Below are positions 13,651 to 35,332 of a DNA stretch of 64,000 nt, piece by piece. The notes beneath the pieces are model-generated. The model did not search any database. It was not told where the DNA came from and was given only the letters and a program-made list of their open reading frames with translations. A program made the position numbers and the translations under genes. This stretch comes from Blastocystis sp. Blastoise (taxonomy: Eukaryota; Protista; Bigyra: Opalinata), in NCBI GenBank assembly GCA_039096225.1, contig JBBPEB010000027.1, forward strand, positions 434,001-498,000. The letters are read 5' to 3'. The stretch's first letter is position 1. Each line of letters opens with the position of its first letter.

Positions 13651-15227
13651 CTAATCTTTATTTTCTTTTTCCTTCTCTTCTTCAGCTCTTTTCTTCTTTC
13701 TAGCTTCTTCTTTCAATACTTTTTGAAGTTCTGTTTCAAATTCTTCTCTAAATTTTTTATCAGTTTCTTCCTTTGTTTATATATATACACATTATATAAA
13801 TTAGAACTCATATAATATATATTGATTATATTAAAGAATAAATATTTATATTAAGTTGTATACATATAATATATTTACTTCATGTTCTGTTTCAATAGCA
13901 ATAACTTCTTGTACTTCAGGTATATAATGTTTTAACATCTTTTCTACTCCTTGCTTTAATGTTACAGAAGAAGAAGGACAACCCTTACATGCACCTGTCA
14001 TCTATATATGTATTAGTTATTGTGTATTATTTATTATTTATTATTTATTATTTATTATTTATTATTTATTATTTATTATTTATTTATAATTTATTATTTA
14101 TTTATAATTTATTATTTATTATTTATTATTTATTTATAATTTATTATTTATTATTTATTATTTATAAATATAGAAAACAATATAGTATATTATACATATA
14201 TATATATACTTCAATTTTCACAATACCCGTTTTATCATCAAAATGATTATAAAATATATCCCCTCCATCCTGTTGAATACGGGGACGAATACGACTATAT
14301 ATATATAATAAGTATAATAAGTATAAATATAATAAGTATAATAATTATAAATATAATAATAAATATAATAATAAAATATATAATAATAATAAATATAATA
14401 ATAAATATAATAATAAATGTAATAATTATTAAAAAAAGAAAATAAAATTATACAAAAAAAAAAAAAAAAATATAAAAAAAAATTACGTTTCAATTAATTC
14501 TTTAATAAGGCAGACAGTTTCAGAATCATTAGGTAATATATCATTAGGATCAAAAGGTAGTTTTCCATCAGGATAAACAATAGGTTCTTTTGTTTGAGAT
14601 AAGAAGTAAAAAAATAAAATTAAAGAAATAATAATAATAGATCATAATATATTCAATTATTATTTTAACATAATAATAATATAATATTAAATTATTATTT
14701 TAACATAATAATAATATTATAATATAACTATGAAAAAGATATATCAAGAATTGTAGCAAATACAGAGGGATTTAAAATATCCCATTCAACTTGATCATTT
14801 TTTGTAACAGTAATATAATCTTTTCCTAACATAGCAGATTGAACACCTTCAATTCCTAATAACTTCAAACCTAAAGGAGACTTCTTTGCAATTTTTCGAT
14901 CAGTAATACTCTACGAAAATAAATAATGAATAAATATAAAGCTCAATATAGATAGGATATTCATTATACATATATTACACAAAAATATATACAAGAGTTG
15001 AACCAAATTCAGGAGGTAAAATAGTAGTTTGAGGATCTGGGATAAATTTCACTGTTGCTGGATTTGGAGTTTCTTCAATATTCACAAATATGGTTCTTAA
15101 GAACTGAAGGGAAGACTGTTTCGTCATCTGTTTGGAAAGAAATCTATAGCTTAGTAATATCAATATTATATGGTAATCAATAAGTATACTTGGAGTTGAA
15201 TACACTCACTAAATTACGAGCAAACAT
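13651..15227 (-). CDS. NFU1: Mitochondrial/MRO Fe-S cluster carrier NFU1, 7 exons including one AT-AC intron
   Basis: Basic presequence [18 protein letters not shown], then [90 protein letters not shown] (CxxC); charged C-terminal tail. Confidence 0.95.
14606..14742 (-). other. U12-type (minor spliceosome) AT-AC intron in NFU1
   Basis: 5' end ATATCTTTTTC, branch-like TTCTTTAAT near the 3' end, ends TTTAC. Removing it joins ILD|FLSQTKEP in frame; retention gives an in-frame TAG. Confidence 0.88.
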
Positions 15228-15708
15228 TATATTCAAGTCAGTAAAATAAAAAGAAAAATTACATTAAAAACAAACAAGAATTTCCTTAGAGAAACTTCTC
15301 AAAAAGAAGAAAAGAAAACTGTTTCTTGGGAACAAATGAATGTGTTTTTTGTTATTTTTTAAACATATTTTTTTTTTAAAAACATTTTAATGTAATTCAT
15401 GAATATTTATATATTTTGGTAGTTTAAACCTAATAGTTTAAAACCTATATATAATTTAATGCTAAAAAATGAATAAAAAACACTACATATTAAGAAAATG
15501 AACTTCAATAATTTAGAAATAATGTATATTATTCATATTAAAATAAAGTAGAACTGTTTATTTATATAAATAAGTACTGAAATATACTAAATAATGTAGA
15601 ATAAAGACGATTCTTTGAGAAATTAAAAAAAAGAGAATAGAAAAAGAGTTTTAAAATTGATATTTGATATTAAAGAATAGAGATAATAATTTATAAATAA
15701 ATGATTAC

Positions 15709-22200
<6,492 letters not shown>

Positions 22201-22983
22201 TATATATTTTATATTCTATTATTGATAAGTTTATTCAAAGATATATATAAATCAAGACGTTTTTTTTTGTGTAAAATTAAAATTCTTTTAAGAAACTTTT
22301 AGAAATTTTAAGAAATTCTGTAAAAAAGTAAAAAATATATTTTAATTCAAAAATGAAATAATATTCGCTTTTTTATATATCATAGATCACTCCTAACTAC
22401 TTGTTATTGTGTTATAAATAAAAACAAGCGATAAATTCAATAAATTGTTTAGAATTCTTCCCAAAATGTATTAAATTTCGTATTTTTGCTCTCTCTATGC
22501 CTCATACATCAAAAAATATATATACAGAAATAGTAATTGCTCATAAAAATCTGTTTCATTACCTGTTTTTCCATAAATATAATTTAATAAAATACATAAT
22601 TATATATCAAAACATAGATTGCTTTTAATTCAGTGTCTATTCCACATTTTCATCACATGTTAAAAAATTCAAAAAAAATATCACTCAATATAATTCTTCA
22701 AACATGGCACATCTCGAAATTACAAGATTGTTCCAGAACTAGAATAGCTACCAACATGAATAATCATCATAATTAAACGTTTTTTCTTTATTTCAATTAT
22801 GATAGAATTTAAGTAAAATGGCGGGCTATTGATGATTTCTTTCAATGTGTTTCCCCGTGAATTTCGATGAAATATAGAGCATAAAACTTATTTATTCATG
22901 AATACCGCTATATCACTAAGAAAAAAACGAGGCAATTATTTTTTTTTTATTGTTGTTTTTGAATAAAGAGTTATTTTGTCAAT

Positions 22984-25291
22984 ATGGATGATGAAAGTGG
23001 TACTAAAAAGAGCAAGAGACGCTCTACAAAACGAAGAAGAGTCGAACAAGAAATGGATGATGTTTTTCAAGATTTGGATTCGGATGACATGTATGAAGAC
23101 ATAGGTCCGAATCGAAAACATGTTCGTGGTGAGAATGCTGGAATTCGTCAAGTTATATACACATGGGAAACACCCTAGTATGTCTTCATTATACTTTTTC
23201 TATTGTTATTTATAGTCAAGAGTATCAACAACGTATTGAAACACAACGTAAGTTTCTTGCTAAGATGATTTCCGATATCAAAATTACAAAAGAAGACGAT
23301 ACTGTATAATAGATAACTCTATTATTTTTCATATTTTTATTATAGATCTGTATCAACTCTCTTATTGACAAATTATATGATGGAACATTTCTAACTGCAG
23401 CAGCGAAGAAATTCTTACAATATATTGAAGACTTCCCTCAATTATTAGATTCTACAACAGATTTAAATAATATTCATGATGTTCAAGATATAAAAAGTAC
23501 ATTATCAACTTCTTCGGGAACTCCTACAACATCTATATCTCCCCAAGAAGGTGTAGAAACACTCAAGGAAACATCAAATAGTCCTCTTCCAACATCAATG
23601 ACATCATCAATTCCATCTTCAACAATTTCAATTACTTCTCAATCTCCACAAGAAGCATGTATAACTAAAGAAGAACAAGAAAATATATCTAATGAAATAA
23701 TATCTACTAAATCAGAATCTTCAAAATCTATTTCTTCTTCTACTTCTACTCCTCATAAAATACATAAACAAAATAATTCTCTTAATGGTGTAGATATATG
23801 TAATTCAGATAAGAAAAAGAAAGGAGCTTCTTCTATACGTAGTCTGTTACCATTAGCATCTACAGAAAAAGGAGAAGTCGATGTATATATATATATATTT
23901 TATTATATGTATTTTTATTATTATATATAGTTTTTATTATAATTTGTATTTTTTTATTATAGTATTGTTATGTATATTATATTTACTTTTTATATTTTTC
24001 TATTATATTTAATTTTTTATGATTATCATTATTTAATAGTGTAAATAAATAAATTTGTTTATTATATATTGCTTAATACTATATATATAGAGTAGTTATA
24101 TTAATACAGATGCTATGCTTGATTATTTAAATTCTCTTAAGAATAACTATATCACGTATATATAATAATTGTTATTTACTATTTAATATATATTATATAT
24201 CATTTATATATATATTTTTATGCATATCTTAACCACACTAATAATTTTATATAATATTATATAATACTCAGTAATAGTCAATACTATACTATATATAGTA
24301 ATGAGTTTTGTGAGATATTAAATAGTTTTCTTCAATATCGTACACGATTCTATTCATTGTCATCACTCTTAACTAAGCTGAAAAGAAATTCAGATCCTTT
24401 TCTTCATACATATTGGCATCAATATCCTTATAGTGTTCGTCCTTATGAACAATTATATACATATAAATCATGTGAAGGAATTTCTTCTTTAGAAAATCAT
24501 CATATTCAATGGAAAATGCAATGCAATCAGTATGTAGAGAAATATTATGGCTATTATTATCATAATTAATATTATTATTTTTTGATTTTAGCTGAAAACA
24601 TTTTTTATTTTTTTTTTATTTAATTTTTTATTTAATATTTTATTTATTTTTTTATTTAATTTTTTATTTAATTTTTTTATTTATTTTTTATTTAATTTTT
24701 TATTTAATTTTTTTATTTATTTTAATAATTAATTTTTATAATTACGCTATATACTATATATATATAGACCTTATTGTTGTTCATCTGATTGTTCATGCAC
24801 ACAATCACGTCCCTCGTTTGACCCTCAACTTGGAACGTATATATCCACGTGCCCATGTGCGTCACATTCTACTAGTTGTAATAATCAATGTGAATGCTGT
24901 AAAAATCATGAAAATCATGAAAATAATAGTCAAAAGAATAATGAAAATCATAATTCTTGTTTATTTGGAAATAATATATTTAATGAAGTCGAATTACATA
25001 AGTATAACTTATAGTATTCTATTGTTTATTTATTTATATATATATATATTTTATTATGATTTATATTATTATTATTATTATTATTATTATATCTGTATAT
25101 ATATATAGGGATATAGAGATACAGGATATATGGGGAATTGATAGTTATACACGTTGTTCATTACAAATTATCTTGAATCTGATTGGATGGGAAGATGAAT
25201 TAACCAATAAATTTATCGTTGATATTCTTCTTCCTGCTATTAATAAACAAGGTACTTATACTTCTTTTGATATGAGGTATATATATATATA

Positions 25292-25326
<35 letters not shown>

Positions 25327-25942
25327 TATATATTATAAATATATTAATATTCACGGTTATTTTCTAGAAATGCCTTATTTTCTGTATTAAATCATAGTAT
25401 TTATTGTGAAGGAGCTATAGCTATTACTCAATTAGTATATATATATATATAATAATAATAATAATATATATATATATAGTGTTTAGATTTAGGTCCAGGA
25501 TATATACGTATTCATCCCAAGGGAAAAGGAGCTGTATGCCGTAGTGAAACAGGAATTCCCGCGAATACTATTATATCTCCTTATTTAGGTGAAGTATACC
25601 CACCTTGGAAATGGTTTGAAAAACAAGACGCAATTAAAAAAGCACAAAAACAATATCATTTATCAGATAATTTACCTGATTTTTATAATATATTATTAGA
25701 AAGACCAACAGAGAGTGAAAATGGTTATGATTGTTTATATATAGATCCTATTTATAAAGGTAATTTTAGTAGTCGACTATGTCATAGTTGTACTCCTAAT
25801 TGTGCTACTACAAATATGGTTATTAATAATAAACTCTATATTGTCTTGTATATATATATATTATGTTATTTCTTTTTTTAATTATTAATATTTCTTTTTT
25901 AAGTGATAATAATAATAAATAGGAATCCATAACAATTAATAT

Positions 25943-26036
<94 letters not shown>

Positions 26037-26313
26037 TATAGAGTATCTATAAGAGATATAAAACCATATGATGAGTTATGTTTTGATTATTCTTGTGTTT
26101 CAGAATCAAATGAAGAATTCCGAAAAGCTATTTGTTTGTGCGGATCCCCCAAATGTAGAGGTTCGTACGTATCTTATGCTGATGCACGTGCTTTCTCTCA
26201 AATATTAAATCCACATTATCACTTCTTAAGGAGAAATCAAGCCGTTTATATTGCATGTACACAAAAATCAAATGAAAATGATTTACAAAAATTAAATAAA
26301 TATGGAATCAAAG

Positions 26314-26406
<93 letters not shown>

Positions 26407-27164
26407 TTTTATAAATAAATAAAGAATAAATTTAAATATGTTATTCATAAAATAATAATTTATTATTCTTAAACTTTTTTTACATACTATTATAATTCTT
26501 ATTATTTATTATATATATATATATATATAGTCTTCAGTATTATCGAATAGTCCTTCATGGTTTATTAAATATATATCTCAATGTATAGATTATATAGAAT
26601 ATGAAGAAGACACACTTCCTTATGTTCTTATGCAATTACCTCTTCTAACACCTTATACTAAACAACAAGCTATTGTATATATATATATATTATAGTGTTT
26701 TTTATTATTATTATTATTATTCTATATATTTCTATTATCTATTTTTAAAATTTATATATATATTTTTTAAATAATCATGATTGTTATAGTCATCATCATT
26801 ATAATTATAATATTTATTATTATTATTATTATCAATTTATATAGTTAGATTGTAAGGGATTACGTTCAGCGCGTCTTCAAAATCTAGTGATTTCATTGGA
26901 TAAAATGAAACACTTTTTATCTCTTCAACCCCAATCCCTCCAAAATAGCCCGCCATTTGTTCCTTTATCTGAAAAACAAATAATTGATTATTTATGGAAT
27001 TCTAAAGATAGTGTTGTATTACGATTAGCTGAAAGTAGCTTAAATTTCATGAAATCCCCTACTGAAGAAGAATTAACGTTATTCACAAATATTTTAAATA
27101 AAGTAAAAATAATTCGTATTCAGAATAAAGAAGAATTAAATAAATCCTTATTAGAGGGTATATA

Positions 27165-27250
<86 letters not shown>

Positions 27251-27778
27251 CATTATTATTCTGATTATATTTATTATTATTATATATAAATAACTATATA
27301 TATATAGTTCGTAATAGTATATGGTCTTTAAAAGAATCGAATTATAAATATTTACATATAGCTACTGCTGATGCACTCACATTCTATATATATACTAAAG
27401 TATATATATATATATCTATATAAATTATTATTATTATTAAACTATTCTAATATATATAAAAATAAAAACATTATATATATATAGAACTTCTTTAGTATAA
27501 CTATGTATTCTAATATATCTACGGATGACGCAGACGTACGTGGCTGTGACTTACCCTGTTCAAGTGAAACACTAATCAAAATCATTAATCAGAAATCAAG
27601 AAATAATGAAATCACAAAATCAGTAAGAGAGAAATTACATATAATTGAAGCAGAAAGAAAAGAAGAAGAAGAAAAAGAAAAATTATTAATCAATAATACA
27701 ATCACCACTAAAGAAGAAAGTGATAATAATAATAATAAAGATAATAATAATGATATTAATAATAATAATAATAATGAT

Positions 27779-27837
<59 letters not shown>

Positions 27838-28560
27838 AGATAATAATAATAATGATAATAATAATAATAATAATAATAATGCATATTTAAAGCATCCTAA
27901 ACATTTAATCACGAATAAAGATGAAGATGCTACCCATTTTGTAACATATTCCCGTGAAAATAATTATGAATTATTATGGAATCGAATGACTGAAGAAGAA
28001 AAAATGTTCTATTCTGGTTATGTATATATATATATATAGTATTTATAATAATAATATATAATAATCATAATCATAATATATAATAGGTTATATATTCTCA
28101 AAAGAAAAGTTATAATCCTACTTATATATGGGGACAAGCAGTGAATTGGTATAAACAAACTATTGATAATCCTTCTGCTAGGTATATATATATATAACAT
28201 AATATTATATTATCATAATATAATATAATAATGTATTATATTTTTTATTTCCCTACTTTTAAAGTCTTTCTGCCGAACGTCGTGGTTGTTTATCCCTACC
28301 GGACATCGACTCAGCTTATGCTACTTCATTCGTATATATATATATATGTTAATATAATAGTTTTATGTATATATATATCCCTCTATAAATATATATATAT
28401 AGTCATATTCAGATGCATTACGTAAAAAATTTTTTACTTCATTTCTAGATAATCCCACGGGAATGTGGAAGTTAAATTCTCATTGGGCATTTAAGAATTC
28501 GAAGAAGATCTATGGATCCCCCATGTTTGATTGTGTTTTAGGGGATCGTAACAGCTTTGT

Positions 28561-28648
<88 letters not shown>

Positions 28649-28940
28649 CTTATTAATGATATTAATGATAATATTATTACTGTTGGTTCAAATCATATGA
28701 AATCATCTTCTGTTAAACAAAGTATATATAAATTATATATATATATTTTTAATACAATTATTATTATTATATATATATTATATACTTATTATTAAGATAC
28801 ATATTATTATATATATCTTTATATACCTATTATATATATATATCTTTCTAGATCCAACATTTCAAGAATTATTAGAAACACCCTATCCTGGATGGGAAGA
28901 ATTACCGCGGATATCAAACGATAAATCCGAAAAAGAATAA
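22984..28940 (+). CDS. ATXR3: ATXR3/SDG2-type SET-domain histone lysine methyltransferase (probably H3K4), multi-exon
   Basis: IWGIDSYT; HPKGKGAVC..YLGEVYPPWKWFEKQD..PDFYNILLERP..GYD..NFSSRLCHSCTPNC; ELCFDYSCVSES.EEF..AICLCGSPKCRGSY; C-terminal YIWGQ..WYKQTIDNPSASLSAERRGCLSLPDI and YGSPMFD. These match the plant ATXR3 family as I recall it. Confidence 0.9.
26316..26404. repeat. (TA)n microsatellite at the 5' end of an ATXR3 intron
   Basis: About 45 TA units directly after the non-canonical donor at 26313. Confidence 0.9.
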
Positions 28941-29215
28941 AAAAATATATTATTAACATTTTTATACTCTATCTTTGTTTTCCAATTTTTCCAATTTTTG
29001 TTTTTCTCTTACGCTTTTTTTTATATTATTATTTTTATAAGTAATATATATATATAATGATTATGATTATGATTATTTTGCTATAAACTAATAAAATGAT
29101 ACATATAAAATAACAAAACATCTTTATTTCATGATAATACATATATAGTGATTTCCCCAAATAAAAAAAAAATAAAATCTGTTAATAAAATATATTTAAA
29201 AAAAAGAAAGAAAGC

Positions 29216-29667
29216 TTATTCAAGTTTCATAGTTCTAATTTTTTCAATTAATGCTTTTTCTGCTTCCTTATGATCACCTTCATAAGATAATGTAGGAATT
29301 TGTTTTTTATCAGTGATCTTTGGCTTTTCTACTTTTTCTGGAGCTTTAGGATCATGAAGATATACAAATAATTTCTTATAACTAGGCTCTCTATATATCT
29401 TTTTACCAGGAGTTCTCTTTAATTTACCTAAATGAAAATCAATATATAGAATAAATATACATATTTATATCATATACCTAAGAAATTCACAGAATGAATC
29501 TTTTCGATTTGAACACCATATATTTTCTCTAAATATTCTTTAGCTTCTAATTTAGTCATAGATGGATCAACACGAAATTGATAAGGGCCTAAGCTTGAAA
29601 AGTCTTTCACATTCTTTGTTAGAAGAATCATATATTGTTCAGGAAAACGAATCTTACTCCAAACCAT
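29216..29667 (-). CDS. MRPL23: Mitochondrial ribosomal protein uL23m, 2 exons
   Basis: MVWSKIRFP...YQFRVDPSMTKLEAKEYLEKIYGVQIEKIHSVNFLG|KLKR..RPSYKKLFVYL, the L23 signature. Confidence 0.9.
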
Positions 29668-29904
29668 TCTTATTATACTATACAAAGATTTTTCATATTA
29701 ATTTGATTTTAAAAGATGATACATACTTCAAACAAACTAAAAATAAAAGATAATGGAAAAATTCTGTAATTCAAGACAAATTCCGTGGGAATCACAATTT
29801 CTTGTTTAAAAACATTTCTTTTCCTATTTTAAATATAATTGAGTTACATATGTACTTTTATATTTATATGGATTACGTTTAATATATATCTTCTTTATAT
29901 AGGA

Positions 29905-31506
29905 ATGAATACTGGTCATAGATTAGCACAACTTCCTCGTCCAACAGTTGAAAATCCACTTTCAATTATGTTTAATGAGGTATACATAAACTAGGTATCA
30001 GATATATATAATTTAGGATTCTTTAGATCTTCATTATTTACTAGTTTCTGATAATAATAAACGTTTTTATTTATTTGATCATGACAAAATGCAGGTATAC
30101 ATTTTTACTAATCAGTGTAATTAATATTATTAGGGAATATTGGTTTTTTCAAATATGATTTTATCAATTCGTGTTTTAGGTGTTTTTGAATCATTAGCAT
30201 TCGTCTTTTTTATTTCAGAAGATGGTTACTATTGGTTATTGTCTATTTCAAAACAAGAAAATGAAATTCACATTCAATTATTGAATTGTTCAGAGTATAT
30301 GACTGTCCAAAAGAAGAAATCAATGAATGTATATGTAATAAAGTCTTCAGATATATATGTTTACAACATAAAAATGCTTCAGAATCCACAACAGAATGCA
30401 CAAATAGATTCTTTTGATTATCAAATGAAAAAAATATTATCAAACGAGAATTCTATTCTATTATTTTTTTATACATTTAATTCAATTATAAAATTTTGTA
30501 TTCATTTAAATTGTCAAGATATGAACTGTATATTAACTATTTTATTATGTTTTTTAAATACATAATATATTTTATTTTTGTTAAAAAGTATAATGATATA
30601 TATATATAGATACAATACAAATACATGATTATCTTCCATTATCTGATGAAATCTCATCATTATGCACTATATCAATTAATACTCAAGAATATTTTTCTCT
30701 TTTTTCTCGTCTATTTCCTTCTCTTCAAACATCAATTTATTCACAATTCTATTTATTCATATATTCACAAACAAATAATAAATTATTTTATTCTTGGAAT
30801 TCTATGGATAAAAACGAAAATAATCACGGGAATATTACTCATCAAACTGAGGTATTATCTTCAACATTGTCTTCTTTTCCTTTATTATATAATATAATTC
30901 AAATATATTGTTTTATTAAGAGTATAAAAAAGTATAAAAAATATGATTATATTCAATATTTATATATTATAATCATTTTTTATTTTCATGTATATATATA
31001 TATATAGAACCTTAATTATATGTCTTGTTGATTCAAATGGAGCAGTATTCCTTATCAGAGAAACTGGAGAATTTTATAAATATAATTTACAAGGAATTCC
31101 TTCAAATATATTTATTTATAATGATATACTCTATTATATTTATAAAGATGATTTGTATATATATATTATTATATTAGTTTTATATATATATATAGATATG
31201 GCTTATCTTATTTATCACCATTAGCTTCTTCATTTTATATTCCTTTACAACATGTATATTTATATTTATATTTATATTATATATTATTATATATTAATAT
31301 TTATATTATATATTTATAATATATAGCAAATATCATCAATAATAGTTTCATCAGCATTATCTTATTTATATACAACAGAAGGACATTTATATACATATAT
31401 ACTTCCATCTATAGAGACTATGTATAATAATGCATTTGATAATATATACCATCATAAACAACAAGTATATATATATATATATATAGGTATATGTATTTAT
31501 TTATTT

Positions 31507-31546
<40 letters not shown>

Positions 31547-32081
31547 TATATATATATAATTATATTTATTTATTTATTTATTTATTTATTTATTATATTT
31601 ATAGAGTTCCATATATTCATGTATGAATCCATTGTTATATATATCTCAAATACAATCGTTATCAACAATTCGAAATGATATATATAATAATATTAATATA
31701 TATATGAAACAAATTGAAATATTAACATCATTATTATCAACATATAATAAGAATAAAGAGTATATATATATATATATTATGGTTTATATCAGTAAGTGAA
31801 TATAATATTAATTAATAATTCTATTATTATATATAGTATACAACATATATCATCATTAGTTGAAATAACTGGTAGTTTATTAACGAATTCAACAACTGAA
31901 AACCATCTTCAAATAACTATATCATTATCTTCTGTATATATGTATAATCTATATTAAGAATATATATGTATATATATAGTCAGTAATACCTACGGATCTA
32001 TCTATATATTCATCGCTTTCACTAATATTTTCATCTGTTAATAACGCTACTGTTGATAATATGAGTAATATCTCAGATAAC

Positions 32082-32135
<54 letters not shown>

Positions 32136-32591
32136 TTATTTTATTCGCTTTCTATCCCAATAACGTCATTACAATTAAAGAATACTATTTCACAATCAAA
32201 TGATTCTATTGGATCAGAATATGTGACGCATATCACTTTACCCAATGAAATTGAACATTCTTTATATCAATATGGATCTATTTCTTTATCATTATATCTT
32301 ATCTCACAAGATATTATACCTATTCGTATATATATATAACTATTTTTTATTTTATTTTAGTATTTTATTGATTATATTTTTCTAACTATTCCATATTTTC
32401 TAGAAACAACTGATAAAGTTTCTTCTTCTTCTTCTTCTTCTTCTTCTTCTTCTTCTTCTTTACCACCTCTTTTTCTTCCTCTATTTCTCAATTATATATT
32501 ATATTCTTCATCATTTATATATTTATCATCTTCTATTTCTAATTCTTCTTCTTCTTCTAATAATAATTTAAATATTAATAATAATAAAGAA

Positions 32592-32631
<40 letters not shown>

Positions 32632-32742
32632 TACTTACACAAATAAATATATCATCTATTTCCCCTTCATCTCAACTAAATCTTGTTCCATTTGCTATAG
32701 ATATTTTACATCAATATATACATGATTCACTTCATATTAATA

Positions 32743-32807
<65 letters not shown>

Positions 32808-33466
32808 CTATGTATATAGTTTCCATGTACATTTCGCTTTCCATTTCCCCCGTGGTTTTCTATTGATTTAATTAATCGATTTCTTTCATTCTCATTTTCA
32901 TTATCATTTAATTGTATACTGAATCATGCAATTAACATTCGTATATAATTATTAATATATATTTAAAATAATTATCTTTCATTACAAAATATATATATAA
33001 TTCTATATATATATATATAGAATTATTTAATGACAATGATGTTCATATAACTTTAATTTCTTCTTCTACTTCTCCTTCTTATTATATACATAAACAATCA
33101 AATATGAAGAATATAGATATGAATCAAAATTCAATATGTATATATAATTTATCAATATATGTAACAAAAAGAATGACAAAATATTCACTGTTAACGTTAC
33201 TCTATTCAAAATTACCTTTATTTTTAAATATATTATCAAAAGAAGATAATTCTTCTTATACATATATGTATAATACGGATATTATACAACAGAAATTAGA
33301 TATATTTCAAAGTCATTTATCATCAATAACCACAGAAATTGAGCAATTAATGAACACGGATAGAAAACAATGGAAAGAAAATGATTATCATCATTTATAT
33401 GTATTATATAATAGTCTATTTCAGTTAGAAGATTCATTTATAGATATTTCTTCTTTACTTAATTAA
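29905..33466 (+). CDS. Hypothetical multi-exon protein (beta-rich N-terminus, helical C-terminus)
   Basis: ATG AAT ACT GGT CAT.. followed by GT-AG exons continuing in frame into ORF 30140; last exon is ORF 33104..33466. No family recognised; internal exons not all verified. Confidence 0.6.
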
Positions 33467-33872
33467 ATATATAATTATTGTTTTGTTTTTTATTTTATAA
33501 ATATCATTTTATTTCTATATATAGTTAAAATGATAGATATATTCAACTATTTCAAAGAATATGTAGAATTATTTTCTATGAATATTTAGAAAATATTTAA
33601 AAAAGTGTTTATGTTGTTATACTGTTTAGCAGCCTATATTTAATAATAAATATACTTTAATAGTTATCGACATTTTCATTAGGTATTAATGATTTAAAAC
33701 AAAAGTTTGTATTAACACAACAATTATTCATTTTATAATTTAATAAACTTTTTTATATTAAATGATGAACAAAAAATTATTATTGTTTTTATTGTTAAAG
33801 CGATAAAAATATCCTTTTATATCAAGAAATAAAAAGAAATATATATATTAATAATAATAATAATTATTATTA

Positions 33873-35332
33873 TTATTCCTCTTGATCAACAATAAGTGTG
33901 AGTAATTCAAATAATGAGGGATCTAAGAGGGATTTATAACGATCTAAAGCATCTATTTTGAAATGTGTTCCTTCTGTAACCAATAGATTGTATACCGCAC
34001 GTAACGGAGAATCATCAGGTAATGGTATTACCTGTATATATATATATTAATAATAATAATCATAAATACTCATAATGATAACAAATAATAATAATATATT
34101 ATAATAATTTTTATATAATAATAAAAACATATATATATACAAATCTCATAAGAATAGCTAGTTTTTGTTTTAATAAATGAATATCTTTGTTCGTATCATC
34201 GATATATTGTTGTTTCTCCTGAATTTCTTGTTTTATAATACTATTTTCATTCTCAACTTTTTGTTTTATTTGTTCAACATCATTTGCTTCTTCAAATCCA
34301 CGTAATATCTATAATACATATATATAAGATAATATTATTATATACTTTTAATAATAATAATAAATATTAAAAAAGAAAAATTTATATTTATAAATTAATT
34401 ATATATATATATACAATATTAAATTGTTCAACTTGTTCTCTTAAATCACCTAATTCTTCTCTAACTTTTGTAAGGTTTTCTTTTTCCATGATTATTTGAG
34501 AATCTTCTTCGTGAATACTATTTTCTTTCTTGGGAATTTGAGTTGCATTATCATAAACTGATTTTGCTTCTTCTAATTGTTTATTTGCTATATTTATTTT
34601 ATCCTATATATAATATTATTTAAAATTTTATTATAATTATTATATTTATCATAATAAGTATAAATAAAATAATAAAATAGAATAAAATAATAAAAAAAAA
34701 CATATAAATAAAATATAAATATATAAATCCAAGAAATAAAATAACAATATAAATAGATATCAATTTACAGATAAACTAATTAATTCTGATTTTGAAACCT
34801 CTTTTAATTGCTTAATTTGCTCTTTTTCAGTTAAAATACCTTTACGTTTAATATCAAGTGATTCTAGAATATTCTTTTTGGTTTCTACATCATGATTTAA
34901 TGAAGATATTTGACTATCGTATTGTTCAGCTTCTTTCATTTTCTTTTCTTTTTCTTCTTTTAATTGACTTAATTTATTCTGAAATTCTTTCTCAGAAGAT
35001 TCAATCATTTTTGAAACTTCTTCTTGAACAAATTCGGACTGTCGTCGTTTCTCTTTTGTTAAATTTTCTTTTTCTGTTTGCATCTTTCTTATAGACATAT
35101 TCACTTCATTATATAATTTATTGATAGTCACTAATGCTTGTTCTTGCTGTGAAGACTGTTTCTTATTTAAATCTTTCTCAGGATAGATCATATCCACATT
35201 ATTTATCTTATATACTTTACTGTCATCAAGTAATTTTAGAGATGTTGTAGTAGCTTCATCATTCAATTTTGATAAGTTTATAGCAATTCGATTCAAGGTA
35301 GATGCACAGTCAGCACAAAATTGATGTTCCAT
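33873..35332 (-). CDS. Coiled-coil protein with N-terminal CxxC, 4 exons
   Basis: ORF 34760..35332 (E/K/Q-rich heptads) continues through GT-AG exons to ..LIVDQEE-TAA at 33873. Confidence 0.7.
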
